A stretch of 63,968 nucleotides of DNA from Octopus bimaculoides. Taxonomy: Eukaryota. Shown in pieces: positions 1-13,706 of this stretch (the stretch's first letter is position 1; each line of letters begins with the position of its first letter). The stretch lies in the NCBI RefSeq assembly GCF_001194135.2, contig NC_068984.1, positions 5,686,530 through 5,750,497 of the forward strand. Direction: 5' to 3'. A program made the position numbers and the translations under genes. The notes under the pieces were generated by a model that saw only the letters and a program-made list of their open reading frames with translations, searched no databases and was not told where the DNA came from.

Positions 1-34
<34 letters not shown>

Positions 35-35
35 G
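1..35. repeat. (TA)n microsatellite
   Basis: Direct reading. Similar (TA)n/(CA)n/(CT)n tracts recur, e.g. 11711-11755, 14216-14250, 15615-15670, 19065-19096, 27731-27771, 46545-46594. Confidence 0.95.
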
Positions 36-1033
36 CTAGATATATTATATATAACTAGCTTCATGTCTGAAATAAACGTCCTGTCCTATATAACGGCTTT
101 TGCTTATTACGATCTTTTGTTGTAACAATGTTTCTAATTATGTTATTTAGTCACTCTTAAAAATCTTGTTTTTCATCAAAGAAAATATAATCAACATGCC
201 CTTCATTTTTGTATGCTGTGTTGTGTTCTGGTGGGCACTGGCAACTATTTCTAGCAGGTCAAGTAACCATATAATGTCTTTGTTTGTTGCATATTTCCAG
301 TTGAAAAGGTTTGAGTCCAACCACTTTTAAGCGTTCTTAAAACGACTTTTAACTATGAAAGTAAAAGAAAAATATGTTGGTTTCCGAACGTGTCAATATA
401 AATGCTCCAGTTTGCCATTCGTTAAGGGAATTGATCATATCTTCCAATCAACACCTGGTCAAAATGTAAGTGTTATTTTGGTGTGAAAATTCAGATAAAA
501 AAATTTTTTTTCTTAGATTCTAATTAGTTCAAATTGGTGAATTGATTCGCATTTGAGAGCAACACAACTGTAAACAACGACATCAAAGATCAATAATTCT
601 GTACTGATTAACCTCAAGCCTTTATTCTTAAACCGTCAAACTGTCTCAACATATTTGTTCATTATTTCTTGAAAAGCCGAGCTGAGGAGCGTTAAGTATT
701 AAGCTTTCAGTCCTTCATCTCAATGAGTGTCATGTTAATTTTCTCCTGTTTTTCGTTGTGTGTGTATTTACTTCTCTGCTCACAGCTGTCTCTGACGGGG
801 ACAACACAATCTCCGTTATTCTCCAACCATTTTTAATCCTTTATTTTCGTTTTACAGGATTGTTGACCTAAACAAAAGTTCGTACGGATCATTCTGTCAC
901 TATTGATCCATTTTAAACAAACAATCCCAACCCCATAAGCTACACCACATCCATTGAATAATGGAATGGCAATCAACATTTGAAAAGGAAAGGAGCTTCT
1001 ATGTGGACACATGATCTGCTAGAAATAACAAGC

Positions 1034-1089
1034 CATAATTCACATTCCGAAAGATCATAATTCACATTCCGAAAGATCATAATCCACAC
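1034..1089. repeat. 22-bp tandem duplication (CATAATTCACATTCCGAAAGAT, 2 copies plus a partial)
   Basis: Exact copies at 1034-1055 and 1056-1077, partial third copy. Confidence 0.9.
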
Positions 1090-1093
1090 CTGC

Positions 1094-1436
1094 AACCATA
1101 TGGTTTCAGGTTCATTCCCAGTGCGTAGCACCTTACACAATTGTCTTCTACCATAGCCCCGGGCGGACTTATGCCTTATGAGAGAATTTGGCAGATGGAA
1201 ACTGTGTGGAAGCCCATCTTATACGTATGTGTGTCTGAGTTTGTCACCACTACACCGCATGACGCCGGTGTTGGTTTGTTACCTTCCTGTAAACTGGTGG
1301 TTTGGCAAAAGGGACCGATAGAGTAAGTGCCAGACTAAGGATAAGTATCGGAGTCGATTCCATTTATTTAATTACACCCCACAAGCGGTGCTCTAGCATG
1401 GCCGGAGCCCAATTACTAAAATAAGTAAAAGATAAA
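1094..1436 (+). mobile_element. tRNA-derived SINE, family A, degenerate
   Basis: Shares head (GGTTCA..CCCA.TGCGT.GCACCTT), GCCGGTGTTGGTTTGTT core and GCATGGCC..AAGTAAAAGA tail with better copies such as 37207-37598. Confidence 0.75.
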
Positions 1437-1639
1437 TGACAACATAATGCTATAGCCGTCGAAGCAGATGGGTTGGTCGCGGCTGGAATGGGCTTGATTA
1501 TAGGGTTATTCTATCTGGAGCTAAACAGCAGCACCATAAGTAAAACCAATATATATCAAGAGTAGTATGTTTTTGTCAGGTTCTTTTATTCCTCAATAAC
1601 AGGAACCATTCTATAGAATGTAAATCTAGAGCGTATACT

Positions 1640-1925
1640 ACAGAGCTACATACTACCACATTAACTACGTCTATACACAACTACACTCACTGAATTTTAC
1701 ACTACTGCACTCTACAACATTAACTTTCGCACACTATAGTGACTCCACTTTTACACTGCTACATTGACTACTTCATTGACTACACTTACACATTACTGCA
1801 TTGGCTCTACTCACTACTGCAATCATTACACTTAATCCCTACTGCATTCACTAAACTTATATACACTTCTCTTGACTACACTTAAACTGTACTGTCTTTC
1901 CTACACTTATACACTGCTACAATCT
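1640..1925. repeat. Degenerate ACTAC/ACTAC AC-type simple repeat
   Basis: G-poor tract of repeated actac/actgc/tacac words. Confidence 0.75.
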
Positions 1926-2765
1926 ATTTGGAACCAAACACGATTCTACCCAGTCACTCAATGGCTAGAATTTCTATCAAAATCTTTTTCCAGTAAATTT
2001 TGTTGTTTTAAAATAAAGGAATAATTCAATCACAAATCTTTGAAAACGATAACGAATAGTCACGGCTGGAGAATCTTTTTATTACTGATCTGTACTTGGC
2101 TAGCTGTTACCTACTGGTAAGTAACATTAGCTACTGCATATTACGATAAATCAAATATACTGTATTGTTTTTATTTCGGGATGGTCATTTTATTTCTTGA
2201 TTTATTTTTTGCTAAATAAACACTCGCATTATATATTTTTTCCTTCATTTGTTTATTACTAGTCTTTTTTATTTTATGTGCGTTGCCCGGAAATCTTTCG
2301 TCACACATCTGTGACCTCTTCAGCGACACTTTTAGTTTCCATGTGTGTGCTTGCTCCACTTACTCCATTCTGTTTTACCTGACAGTGGACATAAAATAAA
2401 TAAGACCAGTTATACACGAGTGAAGAAAAATATATAGTTCGTGAGTTTATTTGGCAAAGAAAAAAAAAAAAAGATAAATAAATTTACCAACCCGAAATAC
2501 AACAATATCTGTCTCAACACACGATTTCACATCAGGAATCTTTCAAAATGAATAAACATAACAAATATACTGTAATATGCTAGAGCTATGATAATTCCTA
2601 ATTTCAATGTTTAAAGTCACGGATTCAATACCTCACAAAACTGGATTCTATATTGAGGCAGTGGAATGGAATAACTGGTACTGTGATTAGCTTAAATGAA
2701 ACACAGTAGCATTATTTTACATTATTTACATTTGACGGATATTTGTCCACATCTTGTTTGTTGTT

Positions 2766-2811
2766 AGCACAACGTTTCGCTTGATCTACCCTCCAGCCTT
2801 CGTCAGGTGTC
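2766..2811 (-). ncRNA. Degenerate minimal type I hammerhead ribozyme motif
   Basis: Minus strand GACAC-CTGACGA-A-GGCTG..CAAGC-GAAA-CGTT-GTGCT; mismatches in stems I and II. Confidence 0.5.
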
Positions 2812-3085
2812 TTGGGGAAATTTCGAACCTGGGTTCTCATTCCTAAGGTATTTTTCGATGTTCTTATTAATATTATTATTATCCAGGTCACTGCCTGGAA
2901 TCAAACTCGGAATCGTGGGGTTAGTAACCCGCGCTCTTAACCACTACGCCATATGCCCGTGGGCATAGTGGTTAAGAGCGCGGGCTACTAACCCCAAGAT
3001 TCCGAGTTCAATTCTAGGCAGTGATCTGAATAATAATATCGAAAAATACGTTAGGAATGAGAACCTATGTTCGAAATCACCCCAA

Positions 3086-3131
3086 AACACCTGACGAAGG
3101 CTATAGGGTATATCAACCGAAACGTTGTGAT
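3086..3131 (+). ncRNA. Degenerate minimal type I hammerhead ribozyme motif
   Basis: AACAC-CTGACGA-A-GGCTA..CAACC-GAAA-CGTT-GTGAT; core intact, stems mutated. Confidence 0.5.
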
Positions 3132-5869
3132 AACAAAAAAAAATGAGGACAAATATCCATCAAATGTAAATAATGTACATAATTCCTCATCTCTTAAATA
3201 TAGAACAGTAGCATTTATTCATCCAAATATACCTTGATGGATATAAAAACAGGTACCCCAATACTATTTAATATTAGCTCAAATAGTTATACATTTTCTT
3301 TAACGATACGTGTTCTTATAGCCGTACAATTGGTTATAAGGAATTCTTGGGTTTTATCCTGAGCTAAATACGATAGTCAGAGGAAGACGGACCTACAGCG
3401 TGAAACCGACGTTCTCTTGGTATAATTTGAATCATTCATCCTTTCCTAAATGTATTCAAAACAAAAACGAAACTTTCGTCTCATTTAAGTCCTTCCCTGA
3501 AATATGGAGCGCTTTTCTCTAATGTAGAAGAAAATGTTTTAGTTTTTCTTTTCTAACGAGATCGATAAGACTAGTAATTGCTAATTAATGAAATCGATCT
3601 CCGATTGATGATGCTCACCAAAGCTAAAATACTTGGTCTTTTGTCGGGTCTGAAATAACTTCGTACGCCATTTATTTCTGGAGAACAGAATAGAATCAAA
3701 TAATCTCCTGGGGATTATATGTGAACAGGCTTTCGATTTCTGAGTGAAAAAAAAAACCTTCCGTTTTTCTTACGCAAGAACAACGAATAACACTGATGGG
3801 ACGGAAGAGTTTCGGTCAACAAATCGGTGATTTTTAAGCTACAACTTCTTCAGCCATTTCATCCGTACTCAAGACATCACGCAACGATCTGCTGCACTTA
3901 GATATACGTATATAGTACACAGCAAAATGCTCCAGGGTTGTAGGCAGTGGGAGCAATATATCACTCTAATTAAATGACGTGTGTTTTCTCATATTGCAAT
4001 GCTTAGTTTAAAGACTTCTGATGAGCATCGGCCATGATAGAAATTTTGCCAAATAACTCTTGTTGTTGTTGTTGTTATTTTTGCTCGAAATTTTTGTTTC
4101 ATTATTTTCTGTCTTATTTACATTTTCTTTTCATCCTTCCCCTCTGCTATGACTGCTTTCTCATGAATATGATACACCCTACTTCTTGTACAATCTCTCC
4201 GCCTCCAGTCAACATATATGGAGATTAACTACTACTACTACTACTACTACCACCACTACCGTCATGACCATATCCATAATTATCGTCTCCTATTTATCGC
4301 CATGGTGTTCTCTGTATCGCTGCTTCTACTAATCATTAAAATGCCGCTAATGCTCTCATTAAGAGAAGTCCCGGTGTCAAGGTTTATGGTGTAGTGATGA
4401 CGTGCAAAATCAAGTGAAGAACAACAAGCTTCCAGAACTGCCACTCACATAGGAACAACCAATGATCGACACTGTCAACTTTTATCATTCAATGATTTAC
4501 TCAACTTTTACGATTCTTGAAAAATACAATTTTAACAAGATTAATGTCATGAACACCGCTAATATATTCCCGTTTATTCCGAATTTTACACGTTTTCTAT
4601 AAAACGAACAGGTTTAAATAATGCAAGATGTAATTACCTTTTATTCTGAGTTCGTGACCAACAAACAGAAATCTATGTGTTTGTTTATTTGTGTGTATGT
4701 GTGAATGTGTATTTATATATGTGTATAAAGTGTCTGTACTTTAAAAGTGCGTGTTTCTTGTCTTGTGTGTGTATAACTGCGTATAGAACTGTTAAATCTA
4801 ATATATAACTCTGTGTTCTGTCTGATATGTTACTATGGGCGTGTTTAAATTAATGTCTGGTATGTTACTGTGGGCGTGTACATGTTATGTCTAGTATATA
4901 ACTGTCGAATCCGAAAAACGAGCTGGTCAAGGATGGAACGTACTTGATTGTCTGCTTGATCAGATCTGACCTGGGGTTATACATGTCAAACCTGATCTAA
5001 GCTTTATTTAGATTACATTTAGATATACCGGGAGATAAATGTAGTTTTGTTTGAAAGCAGGGTTTCTATGCAATATAAATCATAGGTGTTTTCCCTTTTT
5101 ATTTTATCAGATAGTCTATACAGCGAGAATGCTTAAAATAGATTTTGGCAACGACTAGTGTATAACTTGTTTGGGAATGAATTTCATGGAAAGATTGATA
5201 TCATCTCATGCTGTGGTTTTACTTAGTCCAAAAGACAATTCAGTTAACATTTATCGCCGACAGAGAGAAATATTTCCTCAGGATTTTCAGGATAAATATT
5301 TGCTACTGGTTCGTTTTGATAGGAAAACCTCTGACAGCGAAGACAATTAATTTACCTTACGTAAAGTTCAGTTTCCAGAAACGCAAATGCTCTCAGCCCC
5401 CGCACACATATACAAACACACACGCACACATTCTCACTCTCTTTCTCTCTCTCTCTCTCTCTCGCTCTCTCGCTCTCTCAACTCGATGTACGTTACTGAA
5501 ACGAATTGAAATAGCCATCTATGTATCATACTTAAAGCATATGCTTCGTTCACAAGCATAATGTAGGTTTTGTTTGAGAGATAATCTTTTCCTAGTTAAG
5601 CTATGTTAAAAACACTGTATAGCTAAGCGAGCCAAACATCGCTCCATCCTTGACCCGTGAGAACACCCGACACGTTGCTATTTCTTTGGGACTTGTCAAT
5701 GATGTGTACACGCTGGTCACATGATTTGACGTAATCTCTCGTTTCCGATGTGCTGACAGCTGAAATATACTGGACAATGGAGAGAGTAAAAGGGTCCCAG
5801 TTGATTCGGTCAACGGAACACGCTGCTCGTGAAATTTATATGAAAGAGGTTGAGTACTTCACAGACACA

Positions 5870-6070
5870 TGTTCCCTTAATGTAGTTCAGCGAGATACAG
5901 TGTGACAAAGCTGGCCTTTTGAAACACAGATTCAACTTACTTTTGCCAGGTGAGTAGACTGGGGCACAATGAAATAAAGTGTCGTGTTTAAGAAACCAGT
6001 GCACTGCCGGAAATTGAACTCACAAACTAACAATTGTGAGCCGAACACACTAAACCACGTGCCTCCTCAG
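5870..6070 (-). mobile_element. tRNA-derived SINE, family D, partial
   Basis: Reverse complement matches 17395-17710 and 43430-43745 (GATACAGTGTGACAAAGCTGGCC block; tRNA-like head near 6010-6065). Confidence 0.6.
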
Positions 6071-6699
6071 CTAATCCTATGTAGATACAAATTCTTATCT
6101 GAATGAGAAACCTGGATAGTTTCATAGGGTGGAAACTGTTGTTTCTCTTCAACTTGATCTGCGTTCGGTGACTTTATGAGGGTGGATGTTCAGAGGTTGG
6201 TTACATTTAAATAATGCCTTTCCATCCAATGCTGCAGGAAAACTGATGATGATATTCCTGTTTCCATGTCTGATAATTGTTCTTCCAAGATCTTCTAGTC
6301 ATCGTCTTTGAAGTTTAACTGTTTCTAATGATCTTACATGGAATTATTAGATTTATTACTAAACCAGCTTCTGTGAATGTTCCTTTTCTATATTAATCTC
6401 CTCGTTATCTACTCACTGACTGTATTCTTCATTTTTTTATACATCTCTTATACGTTCCTCTTTATGGTATATTGTTAATACTTTCCTCTGTCTCTCTACT
6501 GGAATTCTTAGTGATTTTACTCACGATGGGAATATCCTGGTTTCGATTCTCTGACCGGGGGTACGTTACGTTCTTGAGCAACAAAACACTTTATTTTACG
6601 TTGCTTTGTGCTCACTTTGACATGTGGTGATGTCGATTTGATGAAGGGAGTGATCTAATGTACATCACAAACATTTAATCATAATAAACAAATCTTTTG

Positions 6700-7560
6700 C
6701 GAAGGGTGTTCAGCCAGAAAATGTCTTATAAAACTCACCAGTCTTTCTTTTGTTGATCGAGTGCACAAGTGCGTTTCTAGCAATGTCGGTTCTGTTTTGG
6801 GCAGCTATTTCTCGAACCCTTGTTTCATGGAACATATTGCTTGTCTGTTCCATAATAACACCCTTAGTCGTTACTCTACTATATATTCTTCCTCCTCTTT
6901 TAACAATTTGAACCCTAACCCCCCACGGGAACTGAATGCATCGTCCTAAGCTCCTAGTGGGTTTCACTGGAAACTTTTAATTTTAGAATGTATGCTGAAA
7001 GACAAATTCCTAGCCATACTCATCATACTTTAAGGAATATAGCAAGGTCTTGGTGCTGTTGAATTCTGGGGTAGGAGACGGATACTCTTCCCCTTAAGCA
7101 TCGGCGTATCTTTGAGAGTCCTGGATGCTAAAATGTGCCACTCGTTTCAGTTACAAGCAATTCCAATTGCTTCGAAGATACTAACCATATTTTCGCAGAA
7201 ACATCAAATTCATCTTCCTTTGATTTGTGGTTTGTATATTTTTATGTAATAAGTTCCATCGCTTGATCTTAGATTTCGAAGTTTGGCACTGGGTCTTTGA
7301 GAGATCTCTGATTAAATCGTTGCGTTGTTTTTGCTAGGAGTGATATGGCTTTCTATTCTTTCGTTCTACTTCTGAAATTACAATTTGTACCTACAAAAGA
7401 TTTCATTTGTTCCGCCTTGTTGCTTTCTTCTGGAGCCTACATCCTTCTCTCCCTGGCCGAGTGCGGATGGGATTCAGGCGGTGTTGCGCTAGTACGATCA
7501 ATGATAGAAGGTTCGTGTATATCAGAGCAAATGCATATTTACCACTTCAACGTCAGGAAG
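6700..7560 (-). mobile_element. Possible decayed N-terminal/ORF1-like region of a non-LTR retrotransposon
   Basis: Broken reading frames with protein-like composition (..SRVTTKGVIMEQ..RNALVHSINKRK..), but no diagnostic catalytic motif seen. Confidence 0.25.
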
Positions 7561-8399
7561 CAGCGATTTCTTGAGTGATCAATGCATTTTCACCCAGTTC
7601 TTGGTTCAGTAAATTTCATGGCTCTTTTTTGCCCACTCTGCCATAATGTAAAAGAGTAAAGTAAAACTGTTATTAACAGAAATTCGAGAGTAAATGAAAA
7701 AAAGAAAGTAGTATCCAATACATTGAAATGATTTTTATATATTCTTAATAATATATTTTAATAATATATCTTAATAGATCTTAATAATTATATATTCTTT
7801 GACTTAGTTCCACATTATTTAAAGTCTCGTAGGCGCGTAGGACAGACACAATATATTCCATCAGACGCTTAGAGCAAAGAAGTACATTTTATCCGTGACA
7901 ATAATGTGCGAGAATCACAGAACGCATTTAATGTCTGATATACTTTTGCATGAACTGAATATTTTTGTATGACGCGGAAGATTTTAAATAATTCCTAAAA
8001 TTTCATTCTCCAAGCAAGTTGGCCAGCCTACCCTCCAGTGCTTTCCATTTTTGCACAGTTGTTCAAGGTTAATCGATTCGCACGGAATGACACTCGTCAG
8101 TTTCGCACACTCTATTGGATTTTCCTACAAAATACTTTCTTTTGCTGGAGTTAATAAATCGACCGTAAATATAGCAGCTTCCTCTTCATAAGCTCTCTGG
8201 TAAATGAATGTAAACCGACTAATTTACGCTGTTATAACTAAAATGAGTTGCTGAACTTAACGTCCGGTTATTACTGGTATTGTTTTTGCCTTCATGTCTG
8301 ATCTCTTTATTACGGTTTCGAAATCCTACAAGGAAATGAGATAAAACAACCAAATTGCAGAATTGCTTGTCTTTTTTGCAAGTTCCTCCCGTGTATGGT

Positions 8400-8495
8400 T
8401 GTTACTCAGAATGGATGGTGATATCTATCACTGTGCAGATATTTTCTTTTAAGTCCTTGATTATGATGTCTGGACGGTTTCTTTCATCTCTTCTC
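8400..8495 (-). mobile_element. Restriction-like endonuclease (RLE) fragment of an R4/Dong/NeSL-type LINE
   Basis: Minus strand translates NRPDIIIKDLKENICTVIDITIH, matching the RPD..D core of RLE domains. Confidence 0.65.
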
Positions 8496-8689
8496 CAGTT
8501 TGTACATGCTCTCAGGTGATTTTAGCAAGGTCTTCCACCTTTTAACTTCCTTCAGTTTCAACCGTCATGAAAAGCTTCAAGACTTATTGAATAACACTGA
8601 CATAATTGTACATCATCATCATCAACGCTTTGACCTTAATATCTTGAGTCCTAGCACTCATAAGGACAGTTGCTCAGTTTCCATGACCC

Positions 8690-8890
8690 ATAAGTGACGA
8701 AAAACACAATACTCTCCCTGGATGAGATGCTAGACCACCGCAGGGTCACTCATTTACAACTGAGTGGACAGGAGATCGTGAAAGGGTTTTCCTAAAGGAC
8801 ACAATGAACTGCCGCGTCCTGGATTTGAACCTACGTTCTTGTAATTGTGACTGCAACACCCTAACCACTAAGCCACTCACCTTCATGTAT
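8690..8890 (-). mobile_element. tRNA-derived SINE (family D-related)
   Basis: Minus-strand head GGCTTAGTGGTTAGGG..GGTTCAAATCC carrying A and B boxes. Confidence 0.65.
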
Positions 8891-11534
8891 ATCCGGATTA
8901 AGAAATTTGTGGGTCATATTTAGTCGTTCATCGACCGGCCTATGTGTCATGGATCTGCTGAACCCCTTCTCAGCCGAGGCTACAGAAAGACCACAAGATG
9001 TCTCACGGATAAAGGTCAGAAACCCTGTAAAACAAGTATCCATGAAATAGAGGCCAACCTCCAGAACTGACTATTCTGATATGGAAAACTTAATTTCCAT
9101 AGTTGGAACTTACTAGTTTCTTTATAGTTTGAAAGGGAAACGACTACAGAGAATATATTAATTTTAAACATCAAACAAATTTGAAAATCAATTAAATTGG
9201 AGATATGTCAAAACTTCTAAATAAAAACGAAGCTCTAAAACCAGGAAACCAAATCTATTTATGTATTTTCAAGAATGGACTCACTAAAATTCTACCCGAC
9301 ATTCTAGCAGAACAAATTGTTTCTGCAGGTTCTTCACCAGAACTCTTTAACGAAATATTCTGACAAGATCGAAATATATTGTTGATAACTTCAACAACAG
9401 AAATAGATTTAACGCTAACAACAATAATATTGCCAGATTTCACATTAACATTTGAATAATGGACATCAATGGAAAATAAATCAATCCCAGAAGACTAACA
9501 TCATCTTCTTCATTCAATCCCAGCTCTCTACCTCCCTTTCTGTCTCTCTTCTCTCTCTCATACATATATATGCGTATATATATAATATTTATCTCAATTC
9601 TCATTTGTCTCTATCTTTACCAATTCTATTTATAAATAATACGTGCACACATACATACATATCCAAATTTCTATATATTCGTAAATACATAAGCTTACGA
9701 AATATGCGCGTGTATATACAACTATATATTTGTATTCATAGGTATACACATACATGCCAAACTGCACACATAAACGTCAACACTCATACACGTATGCATA
9801 TGTGTGTATGCATATCTATCTATCTATGCAAATATATATATAAAATACACCTATGTTTATGAGCTAGATTAATTGTAATTACATGTAAGTAGTAGTTGTA
9901 GTAGTGTTTTTATCGATCGATTGATAAATGTTTATAAGCAAGGAAATCTGTCAAAATAAACACAAACCAAGCGATTTTACACACATTTATACACACTCAC
10001 ATGCACTCAAAACTGTTGAAGTATCACTCGTTTATCTCTCTGAAATAATTGCCATTAAATCTTTCTAGATGGTGCGCTAGCATGGCCTTATTCGAGCGGA
10101 CATATACTTATATATACATACATACACTTAGATACAAATTTGTATTTGCATTCTACCATCCACTCACGCACGCAATGATATCTGTAATTTTTTGACAGTC
10201 TTTGACAAATACCCAATCATTTGTTGGGGCAATGTTCACCTTATGGTAATCTTCCATGATAATAGATATAACTGAACAGCAACGAGCTTCATCAGCTGGT
10301 GTAAATGAACACTGCTCTCCTGGTGAAACTTTGCTATCGCTAACAGTCGGTAACGAGGGATAGAAAATAAAACAAAGTCCATGGAAAAAAAAAAATATTT
10401 TATATCAAAAAACAGAAAGCAACTCCCGATTGCCCTACTCGGAAATCACTTGGAAAGCTTAACATGCTTTACCAACAAAAGATTAGATTAATATGGGAAC
10501 TAAACGCATATATACCTCACATGTCACGTCTTATATAATCTAATTTTATATATAGAAAAAAAAAAAGGATATTTGCCCTACCTAATTTGCATAATCAAAA
10601 TCATTTCCAACTACTTTGCAAAAGGTGAAAATCTTTGTCAACCATCAAGCAGACTGCTGGAGGATATTGATGAAGTTTAATAGACAGAAACATGTTCGAA
10701 ATTTTCTGTTTGCGTCATACATATATAGACACATCTGATATTTCCCTAGAAATGTAAATTAACTTCCAGACATTAATTTTTTATGATTCTTTCCCTGCCT
10801 CTAAACGTTGCCGCTTGGATTGTATCTTCCTCTAACTAAGCGTGAATTTTAATTAAATTTACTATTTTTTGTGTGCATTCTATTCAAAACTGAACATATG
10901 TATCTAAATTTAAACCATTGGTCCATTTATGTTTTATTGTGCAATCGTGTGTGTGTGTCTGTGTGTGCAGGCGTGTGAGTAAGGTGTTCTCTATGTTTAC
11001 CAATATCGAAGTAGATTGAAGATTTTATAGAAATGTGACGTTGGTATATTTCTCTGATGATTAACACTTCCTGAACTATATTAGATCGATTCTGCAAATG
11101 TGATGAAGATTTAGAACATTATTCGATTTTCAATGCCAATAAAATGATAAAAGAAAAATAATTTTCTTGGAGGTCAGTACTGAGATCACAATCTAAACAT
11201 ATCTTCAAATAAGGGTGGATTTTTTAAGGGTCAGACAGAGGGGAAATGATAATTAATTTCGAGCTGTCAGCATAGTAACATCATATTATAATAAGAAGTG
11301 TTAGAGCTTAATGATTATTAAGACGGAGAAATGCTGGCTTTTGCTTTATGAACAAATACATAGAAATAAAAATAACTTCAGCGCAGCCGAATCAATAAGG
11401 TGCTGGCCTTCTAAGGCGTAGTGTCGAAGGTTCGTGTATTATCACTGCAGTATTATTATGTCTGTTGCTAAATATTTCACCCGCAAGAGTCCAGTTCGTA
11501 GCGTGAAACAGTGAATCAAAATCTGGATATTATT

Positions 11535-11706
11535 TCTTTAAGAAGTTTGCTTCCCGACCATATTCTTTCCGGTTCAGTTCCGCTGCGTGGAGACTGGGAC
11601 ATATTCTTTATACTATATCATCGGATCGACCAAAGACGTGTGACTGGATTTGGTAGACGGAAACTGAAAGAAGCCCACCACCTGTGTGGTTTTTGGTATA
11701 TATGCT

Positions 11707-11758
<52 letters not shown>

Positions 11759-12250
11759 TGTATGAATGTGAACTTGTTTGATCGTGTGTTTGTGCTCTTG
11801 TCTTGACATCGCGTGATAGTTGTAAACGAGTATCACTCTCAGAAGCGGGGTCGTTCGTTTCTAATATTCTGCAGAAGCATGTCTGGCCACAGCGAAGCCT
11901 GTGGTTGCTGATGACAGGCTGTGTGTCAGACAGAGGTATGGTGGTATGATTAAGAAGCTCGTTTCACAACTACGTGGCTTTGAGCTCGGTCCCCATTTGC
12001 GGTACCTTGGGCTACTATAGCCCCGCGTTGACGGGAGCTATGTAGACGTTTGCATGCGTTTGTCCTCTCTAGAAACTCTTGATAACTAATGTTGGTTTGT
12101 TTCCATCCTTATAAGCTAATGTTTCGGCACAAAGCACGATAGAATTAGCACCAGACTTGAAAATAACCGGAGTCGATATCTTAGACTATCGCGTTTACGG
12201 AATTGCTCCAGCTTGGCTGCAGTCATAAGCATGGAACAAAAGATAAAAGA
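11535..12250 (+). mobile_element. Two adjacent degenerate SINE copies sharing the family A head (about 11535-11900 and 11932-12250)
   Basis: GGATTTGGTAGACGGAAACTGAAAGAAGCCC block followed by (TA)n; second copy ends CTCCAGCTTGGCTGCAGTC..AAGATAAAAGA. Confidence 0.7.
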
Positions 12251-12435
12251 TTTCTTGGAAACAATTAAGTGTTGGTGACATAAAATCTGTCCAGCCGTAG
12301 AAAATTTATCTCGTAACTCTGTCCGACCAATGCAAGCATCGACGTTAAAGCGATGATGGTGATATAGTATGAAATATGAAAGAGTCAGTGGTAGATGTTC
12401 AAAGGACCAATCGCTAGGAAACAGCATTTGCAATG

Positions 12436-12481
12436 GTGAGTGACAATATGCGTGCCTGTGAGTGACAATATGCGTGCCTGT
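12436..12481. repeat. 22-bp tandem duplication (GTGAGTGACAATATGCGTGCCT x2)
   Basis: Exact adjacent copies. Confidence 0.9.
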
Positions 12482-13357
12482 ACAATTCGGACGGAAGAAA
12501 CGCCACACTCCATTTTTGATTGATGCACTGTATTATTGCTAATTTTCTTATGAAGAAGCAGATTTGTCGCCAGAATATCTTCTCTCTCTCTCTCACATAC
12601 ATACATTGTGTTTGTGTATTAACTGCAAAGAGATACCGAGTTGTACATTAGCAGAGCTGTGCAAACTTCAGATCCTATTAATGGTTGAGAAATTTGTCCA
12701 ACATACACTCACGTTGATCTCGCAATGAATTAAACATTTCCTGACTGGTGTTCTACTAACCCAATATATTACGGTTCCACCACCATCACGCAGCCGCCTC
12801 CATTTTAAACTCCACAAATACATGAATAAGTGCACTAAACCAAAACGAAACAAATCAAAAACAATTTCAAGCCAACAGTTGAGATTCTTTTCAAACATAC
12901 AAGTCTGTATTTGACAAGTTCATGTCATTATCATTTAGAAAAATCTAAAGACTTATATTTAGTATAAATGGAACTAAAATCCGCTACATTTGTTGCCTTA
13001 AGGCAGTTATTATCAGCTCTTCAAGCAACTGACGACGTGAAGTACCACATTTAACAATGTCCAGCCACCTAACTTGCCTCTCACAATAATCAACAAATTA
13101 ACAGTTAAGACTTTATTCGGTTTGACTTTTTACACTCAATTACGGTTCAATTTTCTTATGTTATTTTCTTCCTTTTTGTTTTTAACTTTTTGCAAATACA
13201 TAAAGAAAATAATAAGAGTGAAAGTAGCCCAATGTAGGTTTCATTTCTGATGGAACTCACTACAGGCAAGATGGCTAAATGTATGAGATTTTGTGGGGGT
13301 TTTACGCCATGCTGGGAGTTGAGAGATGTGAACGTCTTTTACCCTTTTACTCTTTTC

Positions 13358-13706
13358 AGTCATTTCACTGTGGCCATGCCGGAGCACCGCCTTTTGTCGA
13401 GCCAATCGACCCGAGGACTTATTCTTTGTGAGTCTAGTACTTATTCTATCGGTCTCTCTTGCCGAACTGCTAGATTACGTGGACGTAACCACACCAGCAT
13501 CGGTTGTCAAGCGATGTTGGGGGGGGGGACAAAAACAGACACATATACATATATACGACGGGCTTCTTTCACTTTCTGTCTACCAAATCCACTCACAAGG
13601 CTTTGGTCGGCCCGAGGCTATAGTGGAAGACACTTGCCCAAGGTGCCACGCAGTGGGACTGAACCCGGAACCATGCGGTTCGTAAGCAAGCTACTTCCCA
13701 CACAGT
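13358..13706 (-). mobile_element. SINE family A, near full length
   Basis: Reverse complement colinear with 37207-37598. Confidence 0.9.

Larger units (their letters stand above)
2714..3204. mobile_element. Palindromic non-autonomous retroelement: two head-to-head tRNA-like heads, each followed by a hammerhead-like motif; 11-bp TSD
   Basis: Arms are reverse complements around TATGCCC-gt-GGGCATA (2952-2967). A box TGGCGTAGTGG on the minus arm, B box GTTCAATTC on the plus arm. Direct repeat ACAGTAGCATT at 2703-2713 and 3205-3215. The same body occurs at 44225-44412. Confidence 0.8.

Noticed and set aside
2961-3030. Genuine tRNA gene
   Set aside because: A/B boxes and an anticodon-like arm are present but there is no acceptor-stem closure, and it is embedded in a repeated element. 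The same applies to all SINE heads.
3795-3862. Minus-strand CTGAAGA...CCGAAAC as another hammerhead
   Set aside because: No stem II or stem I pairing could be drawn.
9285-9359. Minus-strand 75-bp exon NISLKSSGEEPAETICSARMSGRIL with gtgagt donor
   Set aside because: The opposite strand is equally open and resembles a decayed LINE C-terminus; no way to discriminate from sequence alone.
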